From a virus (lineage: Duplodnaviria; Heunggongvirae; Uroviricota; Caudoviricetes): DNA of 7,193 nucleotides. Of this stretch, positions 6,127 through 7,193 are shown piece by piece; positions within the stretch are counted from its first letter, which is position 1, and every line of letters begins with the position of its first letter. The stretch is from the IMG/VR virus record IMGVR_UViG_2579778894_000025, positions 1 to 7,193 of that record; one strand, 5' to 3'. The notes beneath the pieces are model-generated. The model saw only the letters and a list, made by a program, of their open reading frames with translations, did no database searches and was not told where the DNA came from. The position numbers and the translations under genes are program-made.

Positions 6127-6260
6127 ATCTGTTAAAAGCCAGAAGCATTTCCTTCGCTGACTTTATAGTCAACCATAACACACACTCTACTGTCTGAGTC
6201 CAGCGTTTTTTAACATTCTTGTTAAGATTATGTGATCTTTAGCGCGGGAGGAAAATATTG

Positions 6261-6917
6261 ATGAAACAGCCTGCGCCCGTTTATCAGAGAATTGCGGGTC
6301 ATCAATGGCGACATATCTGGCTTTCTGGCGATATACACGGTTGTCTTGAGCAGTTGCGCCGCAAATTATGGCATTGTGGTTTTGATCCGTGGCGAGATTT
6401 ACTTATCTCAGTGGGAGACGTTATCGATCGTGGGCCGCAAAGTTTACGTTGCCTGCAGTTACTGGAACAACATTGGGTTCGTGCGGTAAGAGGCAATCAT
6501 GAACAGATGGCGATGGATGCGCTGGCATCCCAGCAGATGTCTTTGTGGTTGATGAATGGCGGCGACTGGTTTATTGCGCTGGCAGATAATCAACAGAAAC
6601 AAGCGAAAACGGCGCTGGAAAAATGTCAGCATTTGCCCTTTATTCTTGAAGTACACAGTCGTACCGGCAAACATGTTATTGCTCATGCCGATTATCCAGA
6701 TGATGTTTATGAATGGCAAAAGGACGTTGATTTGCATCAGGTCTTGTGGAGCCGCTCGCGATTAGGTGAACGCCAAAAAGGGCAGGGAATTACAGGTGCT
6801 GATCATTTCTGGTTTGGTCATACACCGTTGCGACATCGCGTGGATATTGGCAACCTGCATTATATTGATACCGGTGCTGTCTTTGGGGGCGAACTGACTC
6901 TTGTGCAATTGCAATAA
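6261..6917 (+). CDS. pphA: Serine/threonine protein phosphatase 1 (PPP-family metallophosphatase)
   Basis: ORF track 6258..6917 uses TTG; ATG6261 (MKQPAPVYQRIAGHQWRHIWLSGDIHGCLEQL…, 218 aa) is preferred, with GGGAGG at 6246-6251. PPP-family motifs GDIHG, GDVIDRG and GNHE are present. Sequence matches E. coli PphA/PrpA as I recall it. Confidence 0.85.
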   Translation: MKQPAPVYQRIAGHQWRHIWLSGDIHGCLEQLRRKLWHCGFDPWRDLLISVGDVIDRGPQSLRCLQLLEQHWVRAVRGNHEQMAMDALASQQMSLWLMNGGDWFIALADNQQKQAKTALEKCQHLPFILEVHSRTGKHVIAHADYPDDVYEWQKDVDLHQVLWSRSRLGERQKGQGITGADHFWFGHTPLRHRVDIGNLHYIDTGAVFGGELTLVQLQ

Positions 6918-7109
6918 TTAAAAATCACCATACTCCTGTGCTGGTCGCCAGAAACCATCTATAAAATCCTCAATCGGAAAACAACCGCCATGGCGGATCC
7001 GTTGATCGCTCATAGAATAAAGACACTGCTGTTCCGTGTTGTAGACATCCACAACAATATCTTCACAACCGCCATCCAGGTAGCAAACAAAAAGTACCAG
7101 CGCGAACAT
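6918..7109 (-). CDS. yebW: Small hypothetical protein, convergent with pphA; consistent with YebW (63 aa) by size and neighbourhood
   Basis: - strand ORF ending at 6918. Track gives 91 aa from an ATG at the window edge (7193), but the internal Met (MFALVLFVCYLDGGCEDIVVDVYNTEQQ…, 63 aa) matches the remembered length of K-12 YebW, which neighbours pphA. Symbol assigned from context and length, not from sequence recognition. Confidence 0.45.
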   Translation of the reverse strand: MFALVLFVCYLDGGCEDIVVDVYNTEQQCLYSMSDQRIRHGGCFPIEDFIDGFWRPAQEYGDF

Positions 7110-7193
7110 TTCATCCCCGAAGTGTGGTGCCGTACCGTTAAGTTTAGGAGAGATTTTACAACGGGGGAATAACCAGGACAAATAACCCGCCAT

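Noticed and set aside
5797-6257. Very short ORFs in the AT-rich gap (for example ATG6013 of about 10 codons and ATG6041 of about 16 codons) as possible small proteins
   Set aside because: No convincing RBS, and AT-rich DNA generates such ORFs by chance; cannot be supported from sequence alone.
6258-6260. TTG6258 as the pphA start (track translation MMKQ…)
   Set aside because: The adjacent ATG6261 gives the recalled 218-aa PphA N-terminus MKQPAPVYQ… with a properly spaced GGGAGG.
6292-6765. Four ORFs of 64-92 aa inside or antisense to pphA (6292-6489 +, 6302-6496 -, 6459-6737 -, 6556-6765 +)
   Set aside because: Nested within a conserved phosphatase gene; no independent evidence.
6990-7193. 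ORF 6990-7172 + (60 aa), and the 91-aa extended version of the - strand ORF starting at the window edge
   Set aside because: The + ORF is antisense to the yebW-like gene. The 91-aa extension starts exactly at the window edge and the 63-aa form matches the expected YebW length; the extension cannot be excluded, so the feature is given low confidence.
1-7193. Searched for CRISPR repeats, tRNA/rRNA genes, a reverse transcriptase for a diversity-generating retroelement, and restriction or toxin cargo
   Set aside because: No regularly spaced direct repeats, no tRNA-like cloverleaf candidates and no RT or nuclease-like ORF were seen. Fiber variation here is explained by the invertase system alone.

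Overview
This window is the tail-fiber end of an integrated prophage (Mu-type tail module, e14-like Pin inversion system) plus the host flank. On the + strand, 13-3659 is a translationally coupled baseplate/tail-fiber operon: a gpV-like spike, a small Mu gp46-position protein, a gpJ-like protein, a gpI-like protein and a tail fiber gene. The C-terminal half of the tail fiber gene lies inside a ~1.8 kb invertible segment (about 3364-5174) bounded by two inverted hix/gix-like crossover sites. The segment carries the current fiber C-terminus with its tfa gene, and on the - strand a full-length tfa with a promoterless alternative fiber C-terminus. A Hin/Gin/Pin-family serine invertase gene (5242-5796) sits just outside. 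The prophage appears to end in a ~460 bp AT-rich gap (5797-6260) that carries a 26-nt stretch I recall as the 3' end of the sRNA SdsR/RyeB. Host genes follow: pphA (6261-6917, +) and a convergent 63-aa ORF (6918-7109, -) consistent with yebW. I see no tRNA, rRNA or CRISPR array. I do not see a previously undescribed system: the inversion switch is a well-known class. The specifics worth a second look are an in-frame amber codon at codon 4 of the + strand tfa gene, the sRNA-locus integration junction, and the absence of any cargo gene between pin and the prophage end. All homology statements rest on reading the translations and on remembered family features, not on database searches.
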